Source: Heterodontus francisci (Eukaryota). From it: 64,000 nt of DNA. The DNA is taken from positions 25,448,084 to 25,512,083 of the forward strand of contig NC_090407.1 of NCBI RefSeq assembly GCF_036365525.1. The letters are read 5' to 3'. The notes under the pieces were generated by a model. The model was not told where the DNA came from, made no database searches, and saw only the letters and a list, made by a program, of their open reading frames with translations. The position numbers and the translations under genes are program-made. Shown piece after piece: positions 38,690 through 50,710 of the stretch (positions are counted from its first letter, which is position 1; each line of letters begins with the position of its first letter).

Positions 38690-39335
38690 CACCAAATCAC
38701 TGCATACCCCCGCCCATTGCCATCTTTACGATGGCTGATTCCATGTCATGCCAGTATTTTGCCCTCAAAAGGGGGCACACTTCATTAACATATTTAAATC
38801 AGGCCTCCATGGTGCAATTGGGAGCCTGATTTAAATTTAGCTGTTCCCACGTGGGTTTCCCAGGGCTCGGGAAACTCGGCAGTGAAGTGGAGGTGGGAAT
38901 TCTCAACTCAAGAAGGTTAGGTGCCTTCTACAGCACTCTTTTTAGGCCAGAAGGAGCAGGAGTACACCCCCTCCAGCCTCTCAAGGAAGCCTTCAGCTTT
39001 CCCCCGCTGATCGTAGCCCCTCTCTCCCTCATCCCGTGTTTGTTGAATTCTACCCACCCCAAGCCCAAATCTCTTGTTCCTCCACCACCCCCTCCCAATG
39101 GGCGATGATTGTCCCAAGTGTCCCCAACTGCGACTTCCTGCTGCTGGTTGACTCACCCAACAGTTGGCTAGTCTGTCCATTTGGCCGGCTGCCAGACAGA
39201 AAACAGAAGAAGAGAATTATAATGAGGCCCTGCCATTAAATTTAGCAGGACTTCGACAACCCAGGCATTGCTGGGTTGTACAGGGGTCAGGAACAGGGGT
39301 CAGGAACAGGGCTCAGGACTAATACAAATTAGGAC
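38690..39335. mobile_element. Probable non-autonomous DNA-transposon-like repeat
   Basis: Interspersed GC-rich repeat ending in a 13-bp unit x3 (acaggggtcagga); termini not resolved. Confidence 0.3.
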
Positions 39336-39609
39336 CCTTTCATGTAACACACGTTAACTATTAACTCTTCCTATACGCAACACCTTACATTTATTCACAT
39401 TAAAATCCAATTACCATACCCAAGTCAATTTACAGATTTGTTTTAAGTCCCTTAAGATAATTCTTTCCACTTGTCACCTGCATGCAAAGCTTTACGTCAC
39501 CAGCAAATTTTGCATCACTGTTGTAGACACCTTGCTCCATATCATTTACAAATATTGTGAAGGTTAGTGGTCCCATGGCATGTCAATTGTGGAACATCAC
39601 TGGCAACCT

Positions 39610-40770
39610 AGTAGAGATCTTTAAAACTATAAAGAGGTTTGATAGGGTAGATGTAGAAAAGCTGTTTGCATTTGTGGGGGGAGTCCAAAATTAGGGCAAC
39701 AATCATAGGACAGTCATAATTAAATCCAGTATGGAATTCAGGAGAAACTTCTTTATCCAGAGAGGTGCTAGAATGTGGAACTTGCTACCACATGGAATGG
39801 TTGAGGCGAATAACATAGATGCATTTAAGGGGCAGTTGGATAAGTACATGAGACAGAAAGGAACGGAAGGATACACTGATAGGATTAGATGAAGTAGGGT
39901 AGGTGTTATGATCCCCGTGGAGAACACCAACAAGCCAAAAGAATCAAGTCCACCGACTGACTCCAAATTAGGAAACCAAACCAAAGGGACAAGCTTTCTT
40001 TTTTATAAATTTTACTTTAACACTCAAACCAAAACCAACATGAATGAAACATGAAGCAACAGACATATCACGATCAATACATATTACAAATTACACCTTA
40101 ACTATCAGATACAATGGAGATGGGTCTCATGGCTTCAATGGGCAGTCCACCCAGCATATATGGCACCAAATTACAGTCACACAGTTCTTTGCAACTCTGA
40201 AGTTCTTCAGGTAGATTTTCAGTCCCTGTCGTCAAGGATTTAGCCATTGTTCTTCTTCCAACAGCAGTTCCCTCTCAATCCGAACTCCACAAGTGCAGTC
40301 TTCACCACAAGGCACACTTTCCCAGACCGTCCTCAGCTCTGCTTACGATTGCCTTAATGGCATGGATTTACCAGTCTTCCCTTTATCCGAGTCCTTCAGT
40401 GACAACCTGTGCACTGTATGGCCGGGTCTGGTTAGTGGGCTACTTTAAGTAATAGAAACAGCTCCTGGATTCAGTCTTCATTTTCTTCTGCTTGCCAGCG
40501 CTCCACTCCTGCCTGATCTGGGGGGGACTCTATTTCCTTTTATCTAGTTCTAACCAGTGTCAGTTTCCCCAGAAACCTGAAGTTGTTTCTCCAGCTTCTA
40601 TTTCAGTTTTGGTTTCCATTTCTGTTCAATTTTAGGGTCTGAAAAAAACAAGCTTTGCAACCACAGGTTCCATCGCAGTCGGAGGAGGCTCATCAGAAGC
40701 ACAAGAACTCTGGCATAGACCAGTTGAGCCAATGGCCTGTTTCTGTGCTGTAAATTCTATCTAATATGTA
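39610..40770 (+). mobile_element. CR1 3' end split by a solo LTR
   Basis: FRRNFFIQRG.RMWNLLP-type sequence to 39900; tail resumes ggaggaggctc...ggcctgtttctgtgctgtaaattctat at 40681. Confidence 0.75.
39904..40677. mobile_element. Putative solo LTR (774 bp)
   Basis: TG...CA termini (TGTTATG / CATCGCA); 5-bp TSD GTAGG / GTCGG; cleanly interrupts a CR1 tail. Confidence 0.6.
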
Positions 40771-42034
40771 ACCTTAAATATTTTTCACTTGGTTCTATGT
40801 AACAGGGCACAGGGACAAGACTCCGGTGAATGACTCAGGCAGAGGGCTCAGGTAAGTGGCTCAGGAACAGGCTTCAAGAAGCTGTTATTGATAATCACAA
40901 GGCCCACTATTAATAGCTCTGGCCAGTAAACCCTGCTGACATGAATGGGTTAAAATCAATCTGTGGTTGCTATAACGAGTACATGCACTATTCCCATGCT
41001 GGACACATGATGGAAAAGTACTAAACTGAGATAAGCTTTTAAGAACTGGAACATGACACAGCAGTTAGTGTCATGTGATAAACTACTGAACTGAAAGCTG
41101 GTTTAGGTCAGGGTTAGCAAAGGGAGAGCAGATGGTACATAATATCCTGTGACCAAAATAGGTGTGTTTTAGTGAAACATATAAAGATGGATCGAGACAT
41201 GTATTTTTTGCTCCTCAAAGCTAAGAGCTATCTTGGATAGGAGAAGCTCTTTGTCCCCGATGAATATCCTACTTGTGAATATAATATACATATTTGCTTG
41301 CTTATAATCACATATAGGTGAAAGCCCTGTGAAGGCCCTAAATGTCAACTATCGCACCTGGGCGTTGTTAGCTAGCCAAAGAGGGAAATGGTGACACATC
41401 CTGTGGGCTGGTGTGCACTAACACGACAGCCAGTTGCAACAGGCGCCAAAGTCAAAAACAACTCACAGCATCATTTGGCAGCTTCACGTGCAGCACCTGT
41501 GGCAGAACATTCCTCTCAAGGATTGGCCTTCACAGCCATCAGCAAAGGTGCACCAAGAGGAGACATGGCACCTAAATGGATTGTTTGTTGCCTGTCCATC
41601 ATCCTTCATAGATGGACGGATGCCAACCAATCACATTTAAGTTCAATAAATCTCTAAAGTGTCCTAGACAAATTATCACAGGTGTGCACGCCATGATGCT
41701 CTGGTCAAAAGTGATGGAATGGACTAGCAGTTTCCCAATATGTGCTCCCAATGAGCAAGGCTCCAGGAGCACACATTCAGAAAATTGCACTTTTAGTGCT
41801 ACCAAGCTCTTTGATCGTTGGAACATTGCAGCCAGGTCTGATCCTCTGCTCACCCAATATCCACACAGGAAAACGTTCCAGCAGAAATCACTGGATAGGG
41901 AACAGGAGCAGGAACTCTAGCCTATTTGTCACTTAAGCCATGGGCTCTGATGCCAATTTTAGTGCCTCTACTGTCACCCTAGCTGAGATTAACTGTGCAC
42001 AGAGCAAGAATCAAAATTATTGAACCTATACATG

Positions 42035-42440
42035 GAATCATAGAATCATAAAAAATGGTTACAACACAGAAAGAGGCTATTTGGCCCGTCGCATCCATGC
42101 TGGCTCTCTACAAGAACAACTCCCTAGTCCCACTGCCCTGCCTTTTCCCTGTAGCCTGTAAATTGTTTTCTCCTCAGATAATTATCCAATTCCCTTTTGA
42201 AAGCCATGATTGAATCTGCTTCCACCACACTCTCAAGCACTGCATTACAGATCCTGACCACTAGCTGTATAAATAATTTTTCCGCCATGTCTCCTCTGGT
42301 TCTTTTGATAATCACCTTAAATCAGTGTCCTCTTGTTCTCAACCCTTCCGCCAATGGGAAGAGTTTCTCCCTATCTACGCTGTCCAGATCCCTCATGATT
42401 TTGAACACCTCTATCAAATCTCCGCTCAACGTTCTCTTCT
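42035..42440 (-). mobile_element. CR1 LINE 3' fragment
   Basis: gaatcatagaatcat tail; VVEADSIMAFKRELDNYL. Confidence 0.85.
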
Positions 42441-43257
42441 CTTCTGATTACAAGCAAACAAATATGTCTATTATACTTACAAGTTGGATACTCATCATGG
42501 AATAAGAAGAATCTTCCTGGTCTTTCTAGGATAAATTCAGTGTTCCCAGTACTCAAAGGGTGCACAAGCTGGAGGAAAAAGGAGAACACTGTAAGCACTT
42601 ATTCTTTGACCTGTGCAACCTTACAGTACAGCTCCTTACTGAATTTATTCTAATTTCCCAATACAAAGCTGGGCAGTGCATTCATTAACTGAGCACTGGT
42701 AGGTGTTTATAATTTATATGTCCGTGTGCACGGACATGCCATGTGATATTCATGATGAATTATTACACGTAACTCCCTTCTGGTAATAAACTTCATATCC
42801 TCAATGGATTGTAAATATTATTTACTCCAGAGCCAGGCTGACATATATAACTAAAATCCCAGATACTCAGCCTCCAGTACTATAAATACATGGAAATAAC
42901 CCCAACAGCCGGGCTATCGTGTTAATGTAAGGTCAGGTTCTGTGTCTATTCCTGACAAGTGTACAGAGTTGCCTAGTAACATGTTACACAACATTATAAA
43001 CACCACTGACTGGGAGGTAGCCTCCAGAAGCCAGTCAGACGAGATGAGCATCTTGTACAAGCCTGTGTAATGGAATGGAGTAACCCCTATTGAATTAGTT
43101 CCAAAGGAACAAATGGATGCATTAAGATGTGTGCAAGAATGTTTGCAGTACTGTGAGGTGTCAGGATTTGCTTAACACTGTTTATCTGCTGCGCTGGCAC
43201 GTTATTCTCTTTAACTAAATTAAAGGTACAGTTTCATAGCAACATCTAAACAGTGTA

Positions 43258-43599
43258 GGGGGAAACGGTGGCATAGTGGTAATGACACTGGACTAGTAAT
43301 CCAGAGCCCAGGCTAATGCTCTGAGGACATGGGTTTGGATCCCACCACAGCAGATGGTGAAATTTGAATTCAATCTGGAATTAAAAGCTAGTCCAATGAT
43401 GACCATGAAACCTTAAGGGAAGGAAATCTGATGTCCTTACCTGGTCTGGCCTACATGTGATTCTAGACCCACAGCAATGTGGTTGACTCTTAAAATGCCC
43501 TCTGAAATGGCTGGGCAAACCACTCAACTCAAGGGAAATTAGGGAAGGGCAACAAACGCTGGCCTAGCTAGTGACACCCACATCCCACAAGTGAATAAA
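43258..43599 (+). mobile_element. tRNA-derived SINE sharing its 5' and 3' ends with a CR1-group LINE
   Basis: A-box tggcatagtggt, B-box-like gggtttggatccc; body matches 59648-59960; tail caagggaaattagggaagggcaacaaacgctggcctagc matches 18446-18515. Confidence 0.85.
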
Positions 43600-43604
43600 C
43601 CCCC

Positions 43605-44165
43605 CTCCCCCCACATCTCTAACCAGCAATCCTAGCTTACTGACTCTTAACTAGCAACTCACTGCTAGTGCAATCCCTGCCCTCACTGGCTCTAACAAGC
43701 AACACCAGCCCCCACCAACTGTAACCAGCAATCTCAGCTCCCACTATCACTAAACAACCAGCTCATGCTCCAAGAACTCTAACTAGCTACCTTAGCCCCA
43801 CATAATGTGACCAACTACCACAGCTTTATCAACTACAACTAGCAACCCCCATGGACTCTAACTAGCAACCCAATCCCACCAACTCTAACCACAATCTCCG
43901 ATCCTGCAGTCTCTGAATAGCAACCTCCAATCTGTACCAAATCTAAGCAGCCACTTTAGCCCCATTATACTTTGACTTGACCAGCAACCACAACTTTACC
44001 AACTTCAACTAGAAGCCTCCACCCCACCCCCCCCAACACAACTTCAACAAGCAACCCCAATATCTCTAACTCTAACCAACTACAGCCCTTACTAGCTCTA
44101 ATCCAACCCCAGTCCTGGCTAACTCAAATCAGCAATCCCAGCTTCCAGCAATTCTAACAACCCTC
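43605..44165 (+). repeat. Degenerate C/A-rich minisatellite (about 28-30 bp unit, core ctctaac(c/t)agcaa)
   Basis: Recurrent ctctaaccagcaat / actagcaacccc units. Confidence 0.7.
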
Positions 44166-44177
44166 ATTCCACACTGA

Positions 44178-44887
44178 GGGCTGAAATTTCACTTTGGGGT
44201 GGGAAACAGGAGTCCGGACTGTTTCCGAGTCCCGTACCCATCCCTGGGGGGAAACAGTCACTGACTTGGGATTTTCATGGAGGAGTCCCTGTCCCAGGTT
44301 CCCTGTCCAATTAAGAACAGCAGACGGGCTCTTCAAGCTGGAGGGTCAATCAGAGGCCTTCCAGCTTGAGAGGAACAGCAGGCTGCAGTAAAGGGTAAGT
44401 AACTGAGAGGGCGCTTCAACATGAAACTACCCTCTCACCAAATTCTTTAAAAATTTAAATTAACAAAAAAAGCAGCTAGGCCACCACCAGGGCACGGGAG
44501 GGGGGAAATTCCCCTCAGGGCAGTCTTTGGCTGCACTGCCACCCAGGCAGGCAGGGAGGGCCTGAAGGCCTGCCTGGAGGTCTGGCCCCCTGGCCTGCCG
44601 CTGGGTGTCCCCCTCCAGGCAGTTAAACTGCTTTCCATTGTGTCAGGAATCTGGAGGCCGACTGGAAAAATCGGCCTCCTTTCATGCCCTCAACAAGGCT
44701 CTTAATGAATCGAATTGGCTAGCCACCTTGTGGGGATGGGTAGCCCTGCTGGGCCCCGAACCTGCCTTGGCCAACATGGCCAGCGCCGGAAATGGAGGCT
44801 GAGAAACCAGCACACCGGCCGGTTCCGGTATTTTTGGGCCCTGTCCATCTCTGTTCCTGACCTTGACGGGGCCCAAATATTCAGCCC
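44178..44887. mobile_element. Harbinger-type MITE (710 bp)
   Basis: TIRs GGGCTGAAATTT / AATATTCAGCCC; TSD TGA (44175-44177, 44888-44890). Confidence 0.8.
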
Positions 44888-45919
44888 TGACTCTCATAAC
44901 AGACCAACCCCCCACCTGCCACATGTGCTGATTATCATCCCCTGCTGTCATGATGCTACCCATCAAGATTTTCCTGTACCAGCTGATTTCCTTAAAGAAA
45001 GCCCCAAAATATGTGCACTGAGGTCAGTGACTATCCTGGAATAACTGCAGTGTTCCATGGGACACCGTTACCTAACCAATTCACTCCATTTAGGGCCATC
45101 AATTTAATGGTAAACCTGCCAACAGCAGTTAGCTAAATATAATTCTTTGACAGAGCTCCTCTCACTCATAGTTCAATGTGAGGCAGAAAGGGACTCAGTC
45201 AGTGCAATGGGACAAGGGAGTGATTATGTTTCATAACTGCAGCTATTAGTCCTGGAAAATGAGGGTCAGCCATTCTCAGTCCGCTGCAATATCATTTGCT
45301 ACGTGAGTCAGATAGAAACAAAACCCTCACGTCTGGTGAAAGGAAATTCATTCATCGGAATCAGTGTTCCAGGAAGGCCCACTTCCCTTTTACCAGTGAT
45401 GTCTGCGAAGACTAATCTATTCAATGCCTTCATGTGTGTGTAATATATAGCTAGTGGGTGTGCATGAGTTTAAATGCATGCACAAATTTGCGCTGTATGT
45501 AAGTTTGAGTCAGTATGTTTATGAGTGTGTATTCATATCTATGCATATGGGTATATATATCTGTGAGTGTGAATAGTCTCCAATCTCAGTTCCTACCCAA
45601 GCAAAGAGGCAATGCTAAACCTTTTATTGATTGTCTAATTCTGGGCACCACATTTTAGGAAGGGTGTCAATACCTTGGAGAGGGTGCAGAGGAGATTTAT
45701 TGAATGAAAGCAGGGATGAGGACTTCAGTTATTCTTTATGATTCTAAGATTCATTGTATTGACTGAAACAAGTGCAAAGCTGGCCAAAAATGTAATGTGC
45801 CAATTCCATCCAATTTTCTGTGGTTAGGTTACCTACACAATAACAACTTGCGTTTCCATGGCCTGCCTTGAACACACAAACATATCACTGGTCTATTACT
45901 GGATCTTTGGCCAACAGCG

Positions 45920-46320
45920 TTAAGTGTCAACTTTGACTCGTATCTCTGGGTCAGAAAGTTGTGGGTTCAAACCCCACTTGAACACATAATCCAGGCTGAC
46001 ACTCCTGTGCAGGACTGAGGCAGCTCTGCACTGTTAGTGTCATCTTTTGGATGAGGTATTAAACTGGGGTATCGACCACCCGCTCAGGTGGCTCCATGGC
46101 ACTATTTCAAGAAGGTCATGGAATCCTGGGCAATATTTATCCTGCAATTGGCATCACTAAAACAGATTATCTGGTCATTATCTCATTGCTGGGTGCAAAT
46201 TGGCTGCCATGTTTTCTACATTATAACAGAGTACTTCTAAAGTACTTAATTGGCTGTAAAGTATTTTAGGACATTCTGAGGTCGGAAAGGTTCTACATAA
46301 ATGCAAGTTCCTTCTTCCTA
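45920..46320 (+). mobile_element. Deu-domain SINE (SacSINE1-like)
   Basis: gtgggttcaaacccc B-box; catggcactatttcaagaagg; aacagattatctggtcatt; tail ataaatgcaagttcc. Confidence 0.85.
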
Positions 46321-46904
46321 ACTCCTCTCTTCCCTTGGTAGCCACTGTACATTTCCACAGCGCCTCCACCTCCCCATCCCCACTGTGTTTTAGCCAGTCA
46401 CTTTGTTCCCCAAACACCCGTTTCCTCCTTGACTAAAACTTGGACCCCATTATGTGGCAGGACCCTTACCTTTGTATCTTTCCCACGATGTAGGTTTCAC
46501 CTTCTCCAGCCTTAAATGATTAACACTTCCACCCCTCATTTCCCCTGTCCCCCCAGAATTGAAGATATACAATGGAGCACAAGTCACTCGAGCATCTTAT
46601 GGCAAACACTCAGAGAGGAGTTTAGTTGCTAGCTCATGACTAATTGTGGGTCCTTGCCTGGCTTCAGTAGGCCAGTAACAGTTGCTCAGTGCGAGACTGG
46701 TGGAAGTCAGCCTTCAAGAACAACACAAGTGAAGAGAAGCGATAGCCAATTACAAGCTTGTGGACCAGGTTCTTCAACCACTCAGGCTATATGTTGTCAT
46801 AGCTGGCTGCAGTACCGGTTTCATACTATGCAGCACAGCGTCAAACGCAGGCTGGTGAGGCATTGGGAGCATTTTGACAAACATGGTGCCACTCTTAAGG
46901 ACTG

Positions 46905-47900
46905 AAAAAACAGCGAGTCGCGATAAATGGTTATTTTTCAGACAGAAGGATGTTAGACAGTGGTGTTCCTCAAGATTCAGTGCTCGCACCACTTTTTTTT
47001 GATACATATAAATGACTTGGATATTGGAATACAGAGTAAAATTGGAGGTGTGGCCGACAGTGAGGATGATGCAACAGGACATAGATAGGCTAGCAGAATG
47101 GGCAGAGAAGTGGCAAGTGGAATTTAATACCGAAAAGCGCATTTTGGCAGAAGGGAGAGAGAGAGGCAATGTAAACTAAATGGCACAGTTCTAAAGAGTG
47201 TACAAGGACAAAAGGACCTGGAGGTTCATGTGCCTAGATCTTTGAAGGTGGCAGGACATACTGAGAGAGTAATTAGCAAAGCATATGGGATCTTGGGCTT
47301 CATAAATCGAGGTATTGAATACAAAATCAGGGAAGTTATGCTGAACCTTTATAAAGCTCTGGTTAGGCCACAACTAGAGTACTGCATCCAGTTATGGTCA
47401 TCACACTTTAGGAAGGATGAGGGTCCTTGAGAAGGTGCAGAGGAAATTTACCCGAATGGTTCAAGGGATGAAGGATTTTAGCTACAAGGTTAGGTTGGAG
47501 AAGCTGGCCTTGTTTTCATTGGAGCAAAGGAAATGGTGGGGAGATTTGATAGAGATGTACAAGATTGACAGGTTTAGATAAGGTAAACAAAGAAAAGCTG
47601 TTCCCATTAGCTGATGGTACAAGAACTAGGGGACACAGATTTAAGGTTTTGGGCAAGAGATGCAGGAGGAATGTGAGGAAGAACTTTTGATGACCTAGAA
47701 GTCACTGCCAACGAGCGCGGTGGAAGCGGAGACAATGAATGATTTCAAAAGAAAATTAAATGGACACTTGAGGGAAATAAACTTGCAGGACAATAGGGAT
47801 AGAGCAGGTGAATGAGACTGATTAGATTGCTCCACTGAGAGCCAGCATGGACTTGATGAGCCGAATGGCCTCCTTCTGTGCCATAATGACTCCATGACTC
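46905..47900 (+). mobile_element. CR1 LINE 3' half
   Basis: GVPQDSVL-like, KAYGILGFINRGIEYK...LVRPQLEYCIQLWS; 3' tail ggccgaatggcctccttctgtgcc-type. Confidence 0.88.
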
Positions 47901-48311
47901 ATCCTGTACTTTCCTTTTGAAGACCTTGTTACAGCGGGATCTTGCCCCTTTTAGTAGGTGAACAATAAAAATAAATTGGCATTCTCGTGACTTTATCCAG
48001 TAAGTAAGCTGAATGATAGAGAGACGGTCTCAGATTTGTTCCCCTATATGTGTTGTTATTAGCTGCGGCAGCCTCAGGGCCCCGGTTTAGAGTGGGATAA
48101 AAATGAGCCAGTTTTCTGGCTACTGATCAGTATGCAGTGATCTCTGTGGGAAAGAGCTTTAATGGATGTTCAGTAGAATCGGGATGTCCCTCACTATCCT
48201 GCTGAAACTCACACATGGAGAATGGCCACTTGGGTGAGGTAGAGAATGGTGTTTGGCAACCACAGAACCAGTAACCAATCAGTACCTTCTTCCAGCACAG
48301 AAGGAAACGTT

Positions 48312-48845
48312 TCATAGAATCATAGAACGTTTAAGGCACAGAAAGAGGCCACTTGGCCTATCGTGTCTGTGCTGGCTGAAAAATGATCCACCTATTCTAA
48401 TCCCATCTTCCAGCATTTGGTCCGTACCCCTGCAGATTGCAGCACTTGAGGTGCATTTCCAGACTCCTTTTAAATGAGTTGACGGTTTCTGCCTCAACTA
48501 CCCTTTGAGGCGGTGAGTTCCAGACCTCCGCCACTCTGTGGGTGAAAAAGTTTTTCCTCATCTCACCTCTCTGCTAAGGTGAATAGACCTTCACCTCCAC
48601 TCTATCCATGCCCCTCACAATTTTGTATATTTCAATCACATCTCCCCTCAGCCTTCTCTGTTCCAAGGAGAACAACCCCAGCCTATCCAATCTTTCCTCA
48701 TAGCTGCATTTTTCCAATCCTGGCAACATCCTCGTAAATCTCCTCTGTACCCTCTCTAGTGCAATTACATCGGCCCATCCTGCCTGTGCTGTCTCTTTGA
48801 GAAGACCTATTACAATTCATCCCACTCCCCTGCTTTTCCCCCATA
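48312..48845 (-). mobile_element. CR1 LINE 3' fragment (closely similar copy at 54577-54780)
   Basis: catagaatcatagaacgtttaaggcacagaaagaggccacttggcc... tail. Confidence 0.85.
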
Positions 48846-49029
48846 AAACCAGCAAACGTTGGAAACGCAGCAGCAACACAAGTCAATTTTTATTCATACT
48901 GGAAGAATCTGATATTTAAATAGATCAATGACACCATCTGCTGTTCAAAAAAAAACTTACATGCTGTTGATTTCACCCACTGACTTATTTATATTCATAT
49001 TCCCGGCTGCAGCCTCAGAACTCCACTCG

Positions 49030-49375
49030 GGTGCGATGAAAAATTACCCCGCCCATTAAGAACGGACGGCGGATGAAACCCCGCCCTTTGAGGGCGGATA
49101 ACCGAAACCCCGCCCCTTGAGGGAGGATCGATGAAGCCCCGCCCCCTTGACAAGCATATCAAGCCCCGCCCACACGCCAATCATCAGATGGCGCATGCGT
49201 GCGTCCGTTGCTGTTGTTTTCGGACGTTCGTTGGTGGTGTCACTTCCGGTGGTCACGCGCGCTGTGCTGTCCGCGGGAGCGCGCGCGCGGCCTGGCCGGC
49301 TGGGAGAGAGTGAGGCGGCGGCGGCGGCGGCGGCCAGGGCCTGTCAGTGACGGTGAGGATGCGGAGGCCGCGAGC
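49030..49375 (+). promoter_or_regulatory. PLEKHM2: CpG-island promoter/5' UTR of PLEKHM2: five GC boxes, CCAAT (49177), YY1-like (49186), NRF1-like (49191), ETS (49241)
   Basis: CCCCGCCC x5, CCAAT, AGATGGCG, GCGCATGCGT, CACTTCCGGT; high CpG density and a (GCG)n run before the ATG. Confidence 0.8.
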
Positions 49376-49435
49376 ATGGAGACCCTGAAAGTGAAGGACC
49401 GGATCCTGGAGAACATCTCCCTGTCAGTGAAGCAG
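49376..49435 (+). CDS. PLEKHM2: PLEKHM2 (SKIP) coding exon 1; later exons not found in the window
   Basis: METLKVKDRILENISLSVKQ then gtgaga; matches human MEPGEVKDRILENISLSVKK; strong Kozak AGCATGG. Confidence 0.92.
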
Positions 49436-50454
49436 GTGAGAAGCCGGAGCCCTTGCCGCCCCGGGCCTGTCAGAGTCCGGCGGATCCATTACTTAATTAA
49501 CCTGGGCTGAGTGTCACTGCTCCCGGCTCTGTTGGTACCCAACAGCTCGGCAGGGGGTTATACAGAGCTGGGGACCATTCTTACTTTGGAGGACTCCAGT
49601 ATTTTTAGGCTCACGTTCCACGGTTTTGCCCATTTTTTCCACGTAAACTACAAAGCACCTGAACGCTGCCTTTTTCTGATGCATTGTCACAGGTTGGCAA
49701 ACTGAATTGTTAGAAAAAATTTCCTTCTTCAAACTCTGTAAAGCTCAATTTTTACCAGTACCCACCGCTTGCACTGTTCCTGTTTGTCATTGGCACCGGC
49801 CTGTATTTGGACAAATGTTGCTAACCGTTACCATTGTAGTAAATTACATAGGCGCTGCTTATAGCACATTGAATGTTATAGATCAGTGGATCTAATGGTG
49901 GTTTATCACTATTGTGACTTTGGAGTGTGTGACCAGAGACAAGGTATGGGAGGTGGAGCCATTGGCATGTTAATGTTGACAAGTTGGCATCAGTCATCAG
50001 AATGGTGCTGTTAACATATACTCCACATTTCAGAGACTTGTATACACTGATTAATAGCATCAGTTTTAATATTTAATTTGCTATTTAAAATGCTTTTGAA
50101 TTGATTAGCACAAAGTACTATAACAGTGCATGCATCACTTACTCTGATATGCTGTCTCATGGTTTACCATCCTCTTGGAGTGGGCAAATTGTGTCAACAC
50201 CAGTGCACTGGCTGTAGGTGGGGGGGATTGTATTCCATGCGGATCATTGTAAACTTTCTGTGTAGCTCTTTTACTTAGTATCTGCCATATTGACATCTTT
50301 TGAATATTAAGGTTGAAGGTGCTGGACAGCAGTGTGCTTTCAATCAACTTGCTTTCACAGATGTCTTGAGTCTAAATTTGATTAATTTTTGTGAGGAATG
50401 TTAATGCTGGAGATTGGAAGACTTTTTATTTCAGACACCCAATGTCAGCATCAA

Positions 50455-50710
50455 AAATGTCCAGGTTAGATATAGAGTAAAGATCCTCCTACATTGTTCC
50501 ATCAGGCAGTCCCAGGTTTGTGCAGTGTGGGTTAGATTGAGAGTAAAGTTCCATTTACATTGTCCCATCAAATCCTCCCAAGTCAGTTATTACATGGGGC
50601 AGTTTTGTATCTAACCCATCAAGCACTTCCAGGGCAGTTACTTTTTGGGTTAGATGATGAAGCTCCCTTTACACTGTCTCTAACATACCATATTCTCAAA
50701 CACAGATGGT
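50455..50710 (+). repeat. Degenerate tandem repeat of roughly 60-70 bp units
   Basis: ggttagat...agagtaaag...tacattgt(t/c)ccatca...cccag recurring 3-4 times. Confidence 0.6.

Noticed and set aside
43258-43350. tRNA gene candidates (also 59648-59740)
   Set aside because: A/B boxes belong to SINE/LINE heads and continue into repeat bodies; no clean cloverleaf or terminator
43605-44165. CRISPR-like array or interstitial telomere
   Set aside because: Eukaryotic context, degenerate units without unique spacers, and no perfect TTAGGG runs
49199-49510. 103-aa ORF as an N-terminally extended PLEKHM2
   Set aside because: Starts at a GTG in the promoter and reads through the splice donor; homology begins at ATG 49376
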